Shown here: in pieces, positions 39,697 to 52,572 of the stretch
Layout of the letters: each line of letters starts with the position of its first letter
Position numbering within the stretch: the first letter of the stretch is position 1
Assembly: GCF_006345805.1 (NCBI RefSeq)
Contig: NC_043010.1
Span: 682,001 to 746,000, forward strand
DNA length: 64,000 nt
Source of the DNA: Octopus sinensis
Lineage: Eukaryota
Direction: 5' to 3'
The notes under the pieces: model-generated
Told to the model about the DNA's origin: nothing
The model's input: the letters and a program-made list of their open reading frames with translations, nothing else
Database searches by the model: none
Program-made: the position numbers and the translations under genes

Positions 39697-40607
39697 GCAC
39701 ACACACACACCTAAGAGAATGTCACTCCGATATAAAACCAGATTTGCTGGGAGTAGCATTGAACATCTTGGGATATTTTGCTTACGCTTAAGATTTTGGC
39801 GCTCACACATTCCTGAGCCTGCGACCCGTATTGACACTGATTATCTTGTTCTGGCCAAGCTGCAGCTCGTGTCGGTAGAGTAAAGAGAGTCTGTGAGGTA
39901 TTGGGCAAGCCTCACTGGATCTAAAATTTTAGGTTGCGTAGTCACCGGCGAGGCGACTTACCAATGCCCGGTCGAATAGGAGGGCGCCGCGGCGAACGGG
40001 GAAGCCGGAGGTGGGGAGAGAACTCGGGTGAAACCGACCGCCGGTACGTTAGCCTCATGCACAAATATTGCAGGCATTTTGCATGGGTTGTGATCAGTGC
40101 TGGTCTTCCTCGATCACTAGTGGACAGCCATAGGCATGTATGTGGATGTGTGGATGTCTGATGGGTTATTTACCAAGCGGTTCGATAAGCCTTCAAATAA
40201 AATCAAAATTTTCTGTCAAAACAAATTTTGTAATTCATTTCCTGATCAATAAATGTTTTGTTATTGTTGTTATTGTTGTAGACATGAAATTCTTGGAAAA
40301 GAAAAACAAAAAAATAAAATAACACACACACACACATCTGCATATGTGTCTTCGTACATACCTGTTTACATATATACATACACCTATCTAGATAACTGCA
40401 AACCTGCTTACTTACATACGCACATACGTACAAAAATGTACATATATATATATATGTATGTATGTAGGTATGTATTTATGTATGTATATACATACATATA
40501 TTTCTGCCTGAATATGTGTACCATATTCAGGCAGAAATACACTAAACACGCAAATTAAAAATAATTACACGTATGTTTGTATGTATGTATATATGTATAA
40601 TATATAT

Positions 40608-40676
<69 letters not shown>

Positions 40677-40727
40677 TGTGTGTGTGTGTATGTGGTGTGT
40701 GGGTGTGGTGGTGGTGTGTGTGTGTAT

Positions 40728-40760
<33 letters not shown>

Positions 40761-40795
40761 GTATGTATGTATGTATGTATGTACGGATGTATATA

Positions 40796-40846
<51 letters not shown>

Positions 40847-41194
40847 TACACACACACATACATATCCTAGGCTAGACGGAATTTTTGATTGACTTCGATT
40901 ATTTCAAAAAGAATCCATACTATCGAATATCACAGTTGATAACTCTACATAACATTATTAAATTTAGGAGCAGTTCTCGACTTATTTCTCACCCAAAATG
41001 CCATCAATAAGCTTTCTCCACATCAATTATTGCAAAATTCAAACGAATGTAATTGGCATTGAATATTTGCTGCTCATTATCGAAGTTGTTGGAGAACAGG
41101 ATGAAAAAAAAACAAACAAACAAACTTGTACTTGTGTTTATAAAGGTAATCAATTATTCAGTTCTTCAGCACATGGAAGGAAAATTACGTGTGT

Positions 41195-41275
<81 letters not shown>

Positions 41276-41353
41276 TAACATATACATGTACGTACATAGA
41301 TATGTGTATATACTGTACATATATATATGCGTGTGTGTGTGTGTGTGTGTACG

Positions 41354-41384
<31 letters not shown>

Positions 41385-41416
41385 ATATATATATATATAT
41401 ATATATATATAGATAA

Positions 41417-41491
<75 letters not shown>

Positions 41492-41495
41492 TATT

Positions 41496-41526
<31 letters not shown>

Positions 41527-41582
41527 GTTATATTCATATATATATGTATACATGAATATCTATATATGTATGTAAGTCTGCG

Positions 41583-41634
<52 letters not shown>

Positions 41635-41644
<10 letters not shown>

Positions 41645-41716
41645 TATTCGAGACAAAACCACTATTTTCCTTGTTTGTTTTGCAAAATAGGGTTTTGTCT
41701 CGAATAATATTTTATA
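41635..41716. repeat. Hairpin, perfect 26-bp arms, TA-anchored
   Basis: tataaaatattattcgagacaaaacc and its reverse complement. Confidence 0.95.
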
Positions 41717-41829
41717 ATATTTTACTATAAAATCGATTTAATCCTAAATCTGATTTTTTCCCTGTAAATTTGGATTTATTCCCTAATATTTATTATTATA
41801 TATATATATATATATATATTATCTGTATG

Positions 41830-42240
41830 ATGTGGAAAATATTCCATCAGCACTGACAAATGATGCTGGTATCACCTTCAAAATACATCCAAGACTTGGA
41901 CCCCGTGCCATCCGTCCACAACAAAAATCTAAATCGCATCTCATAACAACAATACGGCACAATTATTTCACCTCAATTGGACCCGCTCTCTTCAACATTA
42001 CACCAGGACACGTCAAAACAGAAACTGACCACACAAAATTCAAGAAGTCTTTGGACAAATTCCTTCAAACAGTCCCGAACAAATCACACACACCTGGATA
42101 TGTCTCCACAAACAATAACTCTCTGCTCGAATGGGCCTTGGTGCTCAAATCCTGAATTGAAAGACTTCGCCAGGTGGTGCTGTTAAGTTAGACATGGCCT
42201 GGGCCAATACTGGCCAAAACCTTTCAAAGTTATTCTAAGT
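41830..42240 (+). mobile_element. CR1/Jockey-group LINE 3' end
   Basis: HNYFTSIGPALFNITPGHVK...FKKSLDKFLQTVPNKSHTPGY followed by a short 3' UTR. Confidence 0.85.
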
Positions 42241-42241
42241 T

Positions 42242-42326
<85 letters not shown>

Positions 42327-42377
42327 CATATACATATATATACATACATACAGTTAGACATACATACATTCACATAG

Positions 42378-42412
<35 letters not shown>

Positions 42413-42737
42413 ACACACACACACACACACAGAGTTTGTGTATTTATATTCCAAGGCCCTTAACCAGATAACTAGAAGCCATGTTTTGAAAGTGATATCG
42501 CTGTATACCCGGATCGTCATTTTGCCAATAACACACACACACTGGCTGTATTCCACTTTTTAATGTTAATTATTTAACTAATTAACAATAAACCTTGTAA
42601 CTCCTGTATGCATGGTGAGCTTTTATGTGAAGAATGACCCCACTAATATACAATCACACATCTACGCATACGTTCAAGCACACGCATACAAACACCTACA
42701 CATACACACACATACGCACGTATACATACATACGGTA

Positions 42738-42900
42738 CTTGTACACGGTTGAGTGGTTAAGAAGCTCGCTTTGTAGTCACAGTGCTTCGAGTCTAGTCCT
42801 ACTGCACGCTACCTTCAGCAAATGCCTTCTACTATAGCCTTGGGCTGAACAATTGTGAGTGAGTTTAGTCGACCGAAACTGCGAGGAAGATCTTCGTGAG
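42738..42900 (+). mobile_element. SINE family A head
   Basis: ggttgagtggttaagaagctcgc...ctactatagccttgggc. Confidence 0.7.
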
Positions 42901-42939
42901 TGAGTGTGAGTGTGTGCGTGTGCGTGCGTGTGTGCGTGC

Positions 42940-42991
<52 letters not shown>

Positions 42992-43012
42992 TCGAAGCTG
43001 TGTGATTGTGAA

Positions 43013-43123
43013 GCAATATCACTTACAAAACACCGGTTCTCGTCCGATCACCGAAGTTAAGCAACGTCGAGCCTAGTTAGTACTTAGATGGGTGACCGCT
43101 TGGGAAACCTAGGTACTGTAAAC
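43013..43123 (+). pseudogene. 5S rRNA pseudogene, 5' end degraded
   Basis: aaaacaccggttctcgtccgatcaccgaagttaagcaacgtcgagcctagttagtacttagatgggtgaccgcttgggaaacctaggtactgta. Confidence 0.9.
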
Positions 43124-43142
43124 GTCTTTCTATCCTGGCGCA

Positions 43143-43200
<58 letters not shown>

Positions 43201-43202
<2 letters not shown>

Positions 43203-43578
43203 GGTGCAGGAGTGGCTGTATGGTAAGTAGCTTGCTTGCCGACCACATGAATCAGGGTTCATTCCCACTGTGTGGCACCTTGGGCAAGTGTCTTCTACTA
43301 TAGCCTCGGGCCGACCAAGAAAGAAGCCCGTCGTATACATACATATATATGTATGTATGTGTGTGTTATGTTTGTGTGTCTGTATTTGTCCCCCCCAACA
43401 TCGCTTGACAACCGATGGTGGTGTGTTTACGTCCCCGTAACTTAGCGGTTCGTCAAAAGAGTCAGATAGAATAAGTACTAGGTAATACAAAGAATAAGTC
43501 CTGGGGTCGATTTCCTCGACTAAAGGCGGTGCTCCAGCATGGCCACAGTCAAATGACTGAAACAAGTAAAAGAGAAAG
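43201..43578 (+). mobile_element. Full-length SINE family A
   Basis: Head, core and tail intact. Confidence 0.9.
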
Positions 43579-43634
43579 CGAAAGAGAGACATACATACAT
43601 ATATACATTCATACATTCATACATACATATATAT

Positions 43635-43880
43635 TGCTGATAGTATTCACCGCTGCTCACAATGCGCTTCCTGGTATTGTTTGAATGATGGCCCTCGCTG
43701 GCTAGGCGCATACCAACGTTGCCTCTGAATTGACCGCCAGTCCTTTGCAGTGTTCCTCATTTACTGCTGAGTGGAGTGAACCAACGTATACTAAATCTTT
43801 TACTTAAGAAAACAACATATTGCCGCCCTGGAAATCGAAACCATGAACTTACGTGTTACACCTTAACCACTAGGTCACGT
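43635..43880 (-). mobile_element. Degenerate tRNA-derived SINE
   Basis: Minus head with ggtttcgatttccagggcggc; tail cacaatgcgcttc shared with 19761-20057. Confidence 0.6.
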
Positions 43881-44000
43881 GCTTTCATAGATACCCCATA
43901 ATTATATAAGTACATATGAATATTAACACACACACTCTCTCTCACACACACATACATACGTATATACATACATGATGTGTGTGTGTGTGTGTGTGTGAAT

Positions 44001-44064
<64 letters not shown>

Positions 44065-44894
44065 ATTCACATCTAATAGCTGATTATTCAAACATTCCGC
44101 TTAACTGAATCCCACGTCTGTAGACATATGTGTCTTGCAAAGCTGTATACAACAGATTTTATAGAGCTACAAACACATAATAAGTGAGACCAGTATTACA
44201 AATCGATAGCAATAATATAACACTGTGTACGTGGAAGAAGAGAGAGAGAGAGAGGGAGGTGGTGAATGAGTTGGGGGTGGCGGAAGTGGGCGGGTAGGGT
44301 GGATTTTTACGAGGAGGAGGAGGAGTAGAAGGAAGATGAAGGAGGAGAAAAAAACAAATAAAACTGAACGAGAATTAAGTACAAATTGTAATAAATGTGA
44401 AGATGGTGTGTGTGTCTGAGTGTGTGTGTGTGTGTGAGTGTGTGTGTGTGCCTGTGTTTGTAAGTGTGTATGTAAGCATACATATGTGTGAATGTGAAAG
44501 CGTATGTTATATACACACACATACATATATACTTGTAATTATGTGTGTGTGTGTGGGGGTGTCTACATGATATACTTGAATCTATAAAGGTTAATTTAAT
44601 TCGTATAACCAACGTGTTTATTGAAGGAGAGTTCTCAATAACTAATTAGAGATTAGTCCGGGGCTACAACTAATAGTGACGTAAAATATGTAAGCAGTCA
44701 TAGGTAAAGAAGGAATATGAAATAACTTGATATCAATAATAATAATTTTTTCTTATGTATATGTGCATGTGTGTGTGTGTGTATGTGTGTACTTATATAT
44801 TAATAAGTGATTTGGTGTGTATAAACACAGCAATCCAAGTGTAAAGATACATATGGTTTAATATAACAATTATTTTAATGAAGGAAAAGATAAG

Positions 44895-45001
44895 TCAAAT
44901 TAATACTCCGTGCGTTTCGGTGAATGGCCGCAATTTATTACAAGAATTCTACTATGTTATATAAGAAGCCTGAAGCCAGTCCACTTCGTCAGTCGTTTTG
45001 A
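44895..45001 (-). ncRNA. Decayed type I hammerhead motif with long helix II
   Basis: Minus strand TCAAAACGA / CTGACGA / AGTGGACTGGC...GCCATTCACC / GAA / ACGCACGGAGT / A / TTAATTTGA. Confidence 0.55.
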
Positions 45002-45107
45002 TTTTCATCTACGATTGACTTCTATTTCAAATGCTAGATCAGCTGTAAATAAAGTTCATAATACATAAGGTTAAAGAACTCTTGGATTGAAAAAGTGGTA
45101 CGAAGCT

Positions 45108-47182
45108 ATCTGCACGACTCGAATCACAAATCCAATTTCTGGTTAGAGTATACAATTACTCCAAAGTAGTTTCCCGATTTTCAAACATCTAGATTAGACC
45201 CTATAATCGTACAAACGCGAATGCAAGTTTGCTAACGCTTAGAATTTAAATATAAAGGATAGAAAAATCTGTTACGTTCGAAATGGAAACAAAGTTGCTT
45301 TCTCGTTTGTAATGTTAATGAGTCTAATTTTGATGGATAAAGTTCAAAGATTTCCTCAGGTGCAATGGTATCAAAGCTTTCTTAGTTAATGGGAGGGCAT
45401 GGTTGGAGTTCCGACAGTAGGTTTTAGCCTATTCCTGATTCATTTTTTCTTTTAACCCTATAAATTATGCGTTATTTATAACTGGATTGGTATTCGAGAA
45501 ACATCGTTTATAGAAGGCTATAAATGCTTCTATCTTTAGGTTTTATCATTTGGCTTTAGTTTTACTTCTGCGTTTTTTTCCCATGCGGATGTTATCTCTG
45601 GTTAATGTATTTTCTAGGCTATTCTAGCTTTACTACGATTACTAGAGCACGTTATTGCAAAATCTAATTAATAATTCCCATCACGACTCCAACAACGAAG
45701 GTATAAACTAAATATCCATGACGAGGTCATTATATACCGAAGCATGCTCCGAGTTGCCTCCCCTACTTAACGAACGAATCGAAATTATATTAAGTTGTAA
45801 CATAGACAGAAGAAATGAGATTTCATGGGTGGAATTACAGAGATTAAATCTACCCACGTACCTAATTGATACGAGATGTTTTGTCACCACCGTTTTGGCT
45901 TCACGTATTTAGCGTCGTTAATTCAACGCTGACTCATTTGACATCAGACGTTTTAATAATTCTCCCGTTCTGTCTCTCCCCCACCCTGTCACTGTTTATG
46001 CATGTAAACATATTTCTCTTTATTCGTATGAGGACAAGGTAATTGATTATGTTCAATCGTGCTTAATTAATAAATTGCTTTGATACTGTCTGTCTGTCNN
46101 NNNNNNNNNNNNNNNNNNNNNNNNNNNNNNNNNNNNNNNNNNNNNNNNNNNNNNNNNNNNNNNNNNNNNNNNNNNNNNNNNNNNNNNNNNNNNNNNNNAT
46201 CTGCACGACTCGAATCACAATCCAATTTCTGGTTAGAGTATACAATTACTCCAAAGTAGTTCCCGATTTTCAAACATCTAGATTAGACCCTATAATCGTA
46301 CAAACGCGAATGAAGTTTGCAACGCTTAGAATTTAATATAAAGGAGAGAAAATCTGTTACGTTCGAAATGGAAACAAAGTTGCTTTCTCGTTTGTAATGT
46401 TAATGAGTCTAATTTTGATGGATAAGTTCAAAGATTTCCTCAGGTGCAATGGTATCAAAGCTTTCTTAGTTAATGGGAGGGCATGTTGGAGTTCCGACAG
46501 TAGGTTTTAGCCTATTCCGATTCATTTTTTCTTTTAACCCTATAAATTATGCGTTATTTATAACTGGATTGGTATTCGAGAAACATCGTTTATAGAAGGC
46601 TATAAATGCTTCTATCTTTAGGTTTTATCATTTGGCTTTAGTTTTACTTCTGCGTTTTTTTCCCATGCGGATGTTATCTCTGGTTAATGTATTTTCTAGG
46701 CTATTCTAGCTTTACTACGATTACTAGAGCACGTTATTGCAAAATCTAATTAATAATTCTCCCATCACGACTCCAACAACGAAGGTATAAACTAAATATC
46801 CATGACGAGGTCATTATTATACCGAAGCATGCTCCGAGTTGCCTCCCCTACTTAACGAACGAATCGAAATTATATTAAGTTGTAACATAGACAGAAGAAT
46901 TAGATTTCATGGGTGGAATTACAGAGATTAATCTACCCACGTACCTAATTGATACGAGATTTTTTGTCACCACCGTTTTGGCTTCACGTATTTAGCGTCG
47001 TTAATTCAACGCTGACTCATTTGACATCAGACGTTTATAATTCTTCTCCCTTTCTGTCTCTCCCCCACCCTGTCACTGTTTTATGCATGTCAACATATTT
47101 CTCTTTATTCGTATGAGGACAAGGTATTGATTATGTTCAATCGTGCTTAATTAATAAATTGCTTTGATACTGTCTGTCTGTC
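45108..47182. other. ~985-bp direct duplication flanking a 100-N gap (46099-46198); likely assembly artefact
   Basis: 45108-46098 is repeated at 46199-47182, differing mainly by single-base indels. Confidence 0.85.
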
Positions 47183-47762
47183 TGTCTCTATCTCTTTCTC
47201 TTTCTCTCACTCTCCTTATGTGTATGTGGATATATCTACGCGAGCAAGCATGCGCACGTGTATGCTTGTAAATGTGTGTGTCTGTGTGTGTCTGTCTGCG
47301 TGCGTGCGTGTGCGTGTATGTGTTTGCCTCCAACGCTAAACTCACTGACTGTCCAGTCAGCCGTGCCATATCCTCAGCGCCCAAACCGCTGCGCCATACC
47401 ATCTCTTTATCTGATCGACACTGAAAAGATGACAAGCCAAGTCGACTATGGTTGGGTTTGATCTCAGAACATATGCAGGACATCTAGTCCAACGCTCTAC
47501 CAATACCCCCGATCTATCAACCTATTTATTCAAATATTAGTCGAGGACAAATATTTGTTTTTCCCCATAATGCTTAATTATATCAGCTTTAATTTTGTTT
47601 TGTTCTGCTTCTTGTTTTAAATATGTTAACATTAAATCAAAATATGTCAACAACATTTGGATTTTTAATGCACACAGATGAACAGCTATAGTTACTATAT
47701 CGAGTCAGAAGGTTACAACCTGTGCACTCGGGAATATCTGCTTTAATGTAATAATAATAATG

Positions 47763-47825
<63 letters not shown>

Positions 47826-48604
47826 GAGTCAAAATTAAAAGAAGAGTGCCATTGTTATCTAGCGAACGATATTTCGACATCTTGTGTGTCTTCAACTGGT
47901 TCAAAAAATAAATTGTCAATCTACTTCATTTTGATAATAATAACAATAACGATGATGCTGATGATAGTATAGTAGTAATAGTAACAACAACAACAACAAC
48001 AACGACAACAATAATAATGATGATGCTGATGAAAAAAGAACTGAAAATATGGTATTCTTTAGACGAACATTAGAAGACAATAAATCTTTTTTTTTTTCGC
48101 TTTCATCCCCAGAACTTGCCTCTTTGCAAAGAAAATGAGGCTTTCACGCTGCAACTCTTAGTAACTACTGGTAACCCAGCCATCATTCCCATCGCTGGTT
48201 TGAGAAAATTCCTGGAAGGTGTGGCACAGCAACGCTTCTAAGAAGTAACTTTCTCCCGATACAAATACACCAACATCATTAAATTGTCTTCATTTGTTTT
48301 AACTTTTTATTCTAATTTGGAAAAAAAAAATTTAATGTGTTAGTTGCTATGTAAAATGGTCATCAAATAGCACAAAATTCTATACACTATTTTACCATTT
48401 TTCCCCGTACAGAAGAACTGGTGTTGTTAGCAATTTCTATGACGAATTCTATGACTTTCTCAACTTTGCCTTCTTTCATTGCTCTCATTAATTGTGCTGA
48501 CATCGGCATAAAGTTGAACAAAAATCCATGGCAATAAACGCACTAATTCCTTGACGACTTCAATTCATTCTCTGCGTTCTAATCTTTCATTTTTTTTTCT
48601 AACT

Positions 48605-48813
48605 TTTTCAGTCATTGGACTGTGGCCATGCTGGGGCACTGCCTTGAAGGGATTTTAGCCGAACAACTCAACCCCAGTTGTTATTTTTTGTCGGTCTTTT
48701 GATGAACCGCTAAGGTTACGAGGACGTAAACAAAACAACACCGTTTTTCAACAACCGTGTTGTGGAACAAATACAAACACAAGCACACACATACACACAC
48801 ATCTATCTATCTG

Positions 48814-48845
<32 letters not shown>

Positions 48846-49050
48846 CCTACCTACCTATCTGTTTACCTATCTGTCTGTCTGTCTGTATGTATGTATATGA
48901 TGAGCTTCCACACAGTTTCCGCCTACCAAATTCATTCACAAAACATTGGTCGGCCCGAGGCTATAGTAGAAGACACTTGCCCAAAGTGCCGCGCAATGGG
49001 TTTGAGCGCAAAGTCCCGTGGTTGCAAACCTAGCTCCTTAACCGTACAAT
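48605..49050 (-). mobile_element. SINE family A, degenerate
   Basis: Tail, core and head with an internal (CTAT)n tract. Confidence 0.8.
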
Positions 49051-49185
49051 TATCTCGGGTTTCGTAAAATACTTCACAAGATCAAATGATTGTTTCTCCA
49101 TGAGACTATTGATAGAATTAGGCATATTTTGCTTTGTATATCCGTACTGTGAATATCCATAGTGTGAGTAAATACACACACACAT

Positions 49186-49252
<67 letters not shown>

Positions 49253-49615
49253 ACACACACACACACACACACATACATATTTATATAATTTATATTGTTT
49301 TTGGTGTTTATTTCATCGTGCAGAAGACAGAAACCGTTTCCTTTTTCTTTTTTTCGAGCAAAAACTCAAAGTCATTAATATGCATCCGTCATGTGACCCA
49401 TAAAGCAAAATACTTATTTTTAGTTCATTCTCTCACATCCACACCTCGGCTTCATATCATTGTAGATGGGGAAGCAAAATACAAGACACAATTCTTCTGA
49501 AGTTTGCATTGGTTGCAGAGACCAATATCCCAAGTCCAAGTTAATAACATAGAGTACAATCATAGGGAGGAGGTGAAAAACTAGCACAAAAGCACAGTAA
49601 GAACCATAGATCCTG

Positions 49616-50243
49616 TATATAAGTAAAAAATTATCCGAACTTTCGCCATAACATATCTTTGTTATTGTCACGCAGTTTTCTGCGCATGCGTGCTTATAGT
49701 TGGTACTATTTTGGTCACGTGATTGAAGTTTGAGCCTGATCGCACAATTTTTCTTTCCGGCTTTACAGTGTAGGCATGACCACTTCTCTAGCAGTGTGCA
49801 CCAAAGAAGAACAAAGAGCAGTGGTTCGATTTCTCTGGTCGGAAGGTGTGTCAGGTGTCGAAATTCATCGGGGACAGTGCACTGCCACCTAGAAGTGTGT
49901 ATGAATGGATTGAGAAGTTTAAAAGTGGCCGGACAAGTGTGGCGCACGAAGAGAGAGTATGATGCCCATCAACCTCCACCACTGACGATAAGATTCAGCA
50001 AGCTCGAAAGATGGTAAGCTGGTAATGGTAAACCAGTTCACCATTACCATCTCTCGGATCACTTCTCTTTGTTCTTCTTTGGTGCACATGGCTTGTGGAG
50101 CGGCCGGGCTAACACTGTAAAGCCAGGAAGAAAAATGGCGCGATCAGGCTCAAACTGCTATCATGTGACCACAATGGTACTAACTATAAGCACGCATGCG
50201 CAGAAGGCAGTGTGATAATAATAAAGATATGTTATGGCGAAAG
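49616..50243. mobile_element. Mariner fold-back: two 5' ends in inverted orientation
   Basis: Plus strand MTTSLAVCTKEEQRAVVRFLWSEGVSGVEIHR..SVYEWIEKFKSGRTSV; 50058-50243 is a diverged reverse complement of ~49640-49830. Confidence 0.85.
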
Positions 50244-50429
50244 CATAAGACTGGTATTGTTCAGCGGCAGTAAGACTTGTATCATAGAACAAAATCAACA
50301 AGAATACAACGAACTTTTCGTGGAGAGTCAAAAATCCAATGTTTCAGATAATCCTTGTTCCGGATAAAAGTTGACAGGAATAAAATTAAAAAGTGTCTGC
50401 AGCGCTTTACATGCTCTAAGTTTCAACCA

Positions 50430-51210
50430 GTTTTTCTAACTTATCCTTAATTGGTAGGACGTATCATATCCCCTTTAACTTTCTGGGAAGCCAACCACAT
50501 GCAAGGAAAGTTTGGAAGAGAATCTGCAGTGGTCTTCCTAGGGTCCCTTTGCATTTTTCAGTTGGATTACTTGGAATTCATCAGGACCAGTGACTGAGTA
50601 TAAACTCAATTCATCAATGGCCGATCTTACACCAGTTTCCTCTAATTCAATGTAATTGTCATCCCTCCGTGTAGAGCTGTGGTGTCGAGGAACTCATCAG
50701 GCATATTTATTTGCCGGTGTCGCAACGGAGATGTGAAAACGTTTTTGTACGGCACATTAAGTATTCCTTTTATCTTTTGGGCGTCTGCAATCAGTGAACA
50801 ATTTCCTTCGAACAGTGGCCTACCTTGTACTGTGCTGAAGCAGACTCTTCTGTAAATCTATAGAAGGTTTTAGGGTTGGTTTTTACATTTTTTACGGCCT
50901 GCTTTTTTTTCTTCTACTCCCTCCTTTCCACGGGAATGTTTGAGTTCTCAATGTTTGTGTTACGATTTCTCAATCCTTTGCTGGCCCATTTAGAGGATTT
51001 GAGATCTTTGCTCGTCGTCTCATTAATGATTTTCGTATCTTTGGGAATTTTGTTTTTCAGTCGGTTTGACATTCTCTCTGGAGCAAACTTACTGCATGTT
51101 TTGCATAATTGTAATAAAGTGTTGTAGATTTATGTCGATATCCTGCATCGAGAGATTGACAGACAAGTATTGCTCCAGGGACTGCTTTTCTGAATACCAT
51201 TCCAAAAGTT
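50430..51210 (-). mobile_element. CR1/Jockey-group LINE ORF2 fragment (linker and RT start)
   Basis: KNVKTNPKTFYRF; VRSAIDELSLYSVTGPDEF..LGRPLQILFQ in broken frames. Confidence 0.75.
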
Positions 51211-51572
51211 CAGGCTAGAAAGGAGTTGGATGCTTCAAGAAAACTGCATGTCTGCACTTTTCTGTGGACCAAACATTGTTAGCACTTCTAAGTTATGATC
51301 CGATGTTTGTGTCACCTTAACATTAGGAATGAATGCTGTGTTATTTGTGAAATAGAGGCCAGGGAACATTTTTACTCTTTGCTTTGTACTGCACTGTTTG
51401 TTCCATAAAGAGCATGTTGGTGAGATCAAGCGCGGAAACTCTCCCTGCTCTCTCCCTCTCTCTCTCTCTCTCCTCTTTCAGTAATTGTATTTGTACATAC
51501 GTACATACATACATGCATACATACATAATACATACATACATACATACATACATACATACATACATACATACA

Positions 51573-51604
<32 letters not shown>

Positions 51605-52087
51605 CATATATGTGATCATTACCTCGTCCTGTCAAATGATAGCCGTTTCACATCCAGAAACGAATAGTGAAGCATCTGCACATCATTTCAATAGATTTAA
51701 GTGACAAATCGTGTACAACACTTTTGCCACAATCTCGATCGCCACAATAGGCTGTAGTGACTAGCATTGCAAGATGACAGGTATTATTTTGACAGCAAGT
51801 TTCATGTCAGAGTATCTCTCTCCTTGGAAAGCTGCCTTCCTTACGGCTTTCTCAAAAGTAACGGGAGCTTTCTCTACACCTAGGAAATCTCTTTGATTTG
51901 AAAAAATATATATATCTATATTATGTTTAATGTATATACACAATTGATCAGCCGGTTACTGCATTATTTTTCCTGAGATAACATCTCTTATAGATCTTCT
52001 GAGTTAAAAACACAATAAATATCGGCGAGATCCCAGCCGCGCCCAGCGAAAGCGCCAGATTCACTTTGGCCTTGAAATATATATAAG

Positions 52088-52258
52088 CAGGCGCAGGCGT
52101 GGCTGGGTGGTAAGATGCTTGTTTCCCAACCACATGGTTCCAGGTTTAGTCCCACTGTGTGACACCTTGGGCGAGTGTATATTACTATAGCCTCCGGCCG
52201 ACTGAAGCTTTCAGAGTAGATTTAGCAGACGGAAACTGAGAGAAGTCCATCGTATATC

Positions 52259-52303
<45 letters not shown>

Positions 52304-52572
52304 CACATACATATATATTAATATGTGTGTATATTTAGGTGTGTTTGTCTTTGTGCCTGTGTTTGTTACCCCACCACCACCGCCATCGCTTGATAACCGA
52401 TGTCGATATGTTTATGTCCCCGTAACTTAATGGTTCGGCAAAAGACCGTTAGAATAAGTACTAGGTTTACGAAGAATGAGTCCCGGGCGTCGGTTTCTTC
52501 GACTAAAATCCCTTGAAGGTGGTGCTCCAGCATGGCCACAGTCAAATGACTGAAACAAGCAAAAGAATAGAA
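52088..52572 (+). mobile_element. Full-length SINE family A
   Basis: caggcgcaggcgtggctgggtggtaag head through gactgaaacaagcaaaagaatag tail. Confidence 0.9.

Noticed and set aside
49982-50020. CTGACGA...CGAAA
   Set aside because: Mariner coding sequence; no helix I and no paired helix III.
50520-50710. Two minus-strand CTGATGA cores
   Set aside because: They encode the PDE motifs of the LINE frame, and no NUH lies at the required position.
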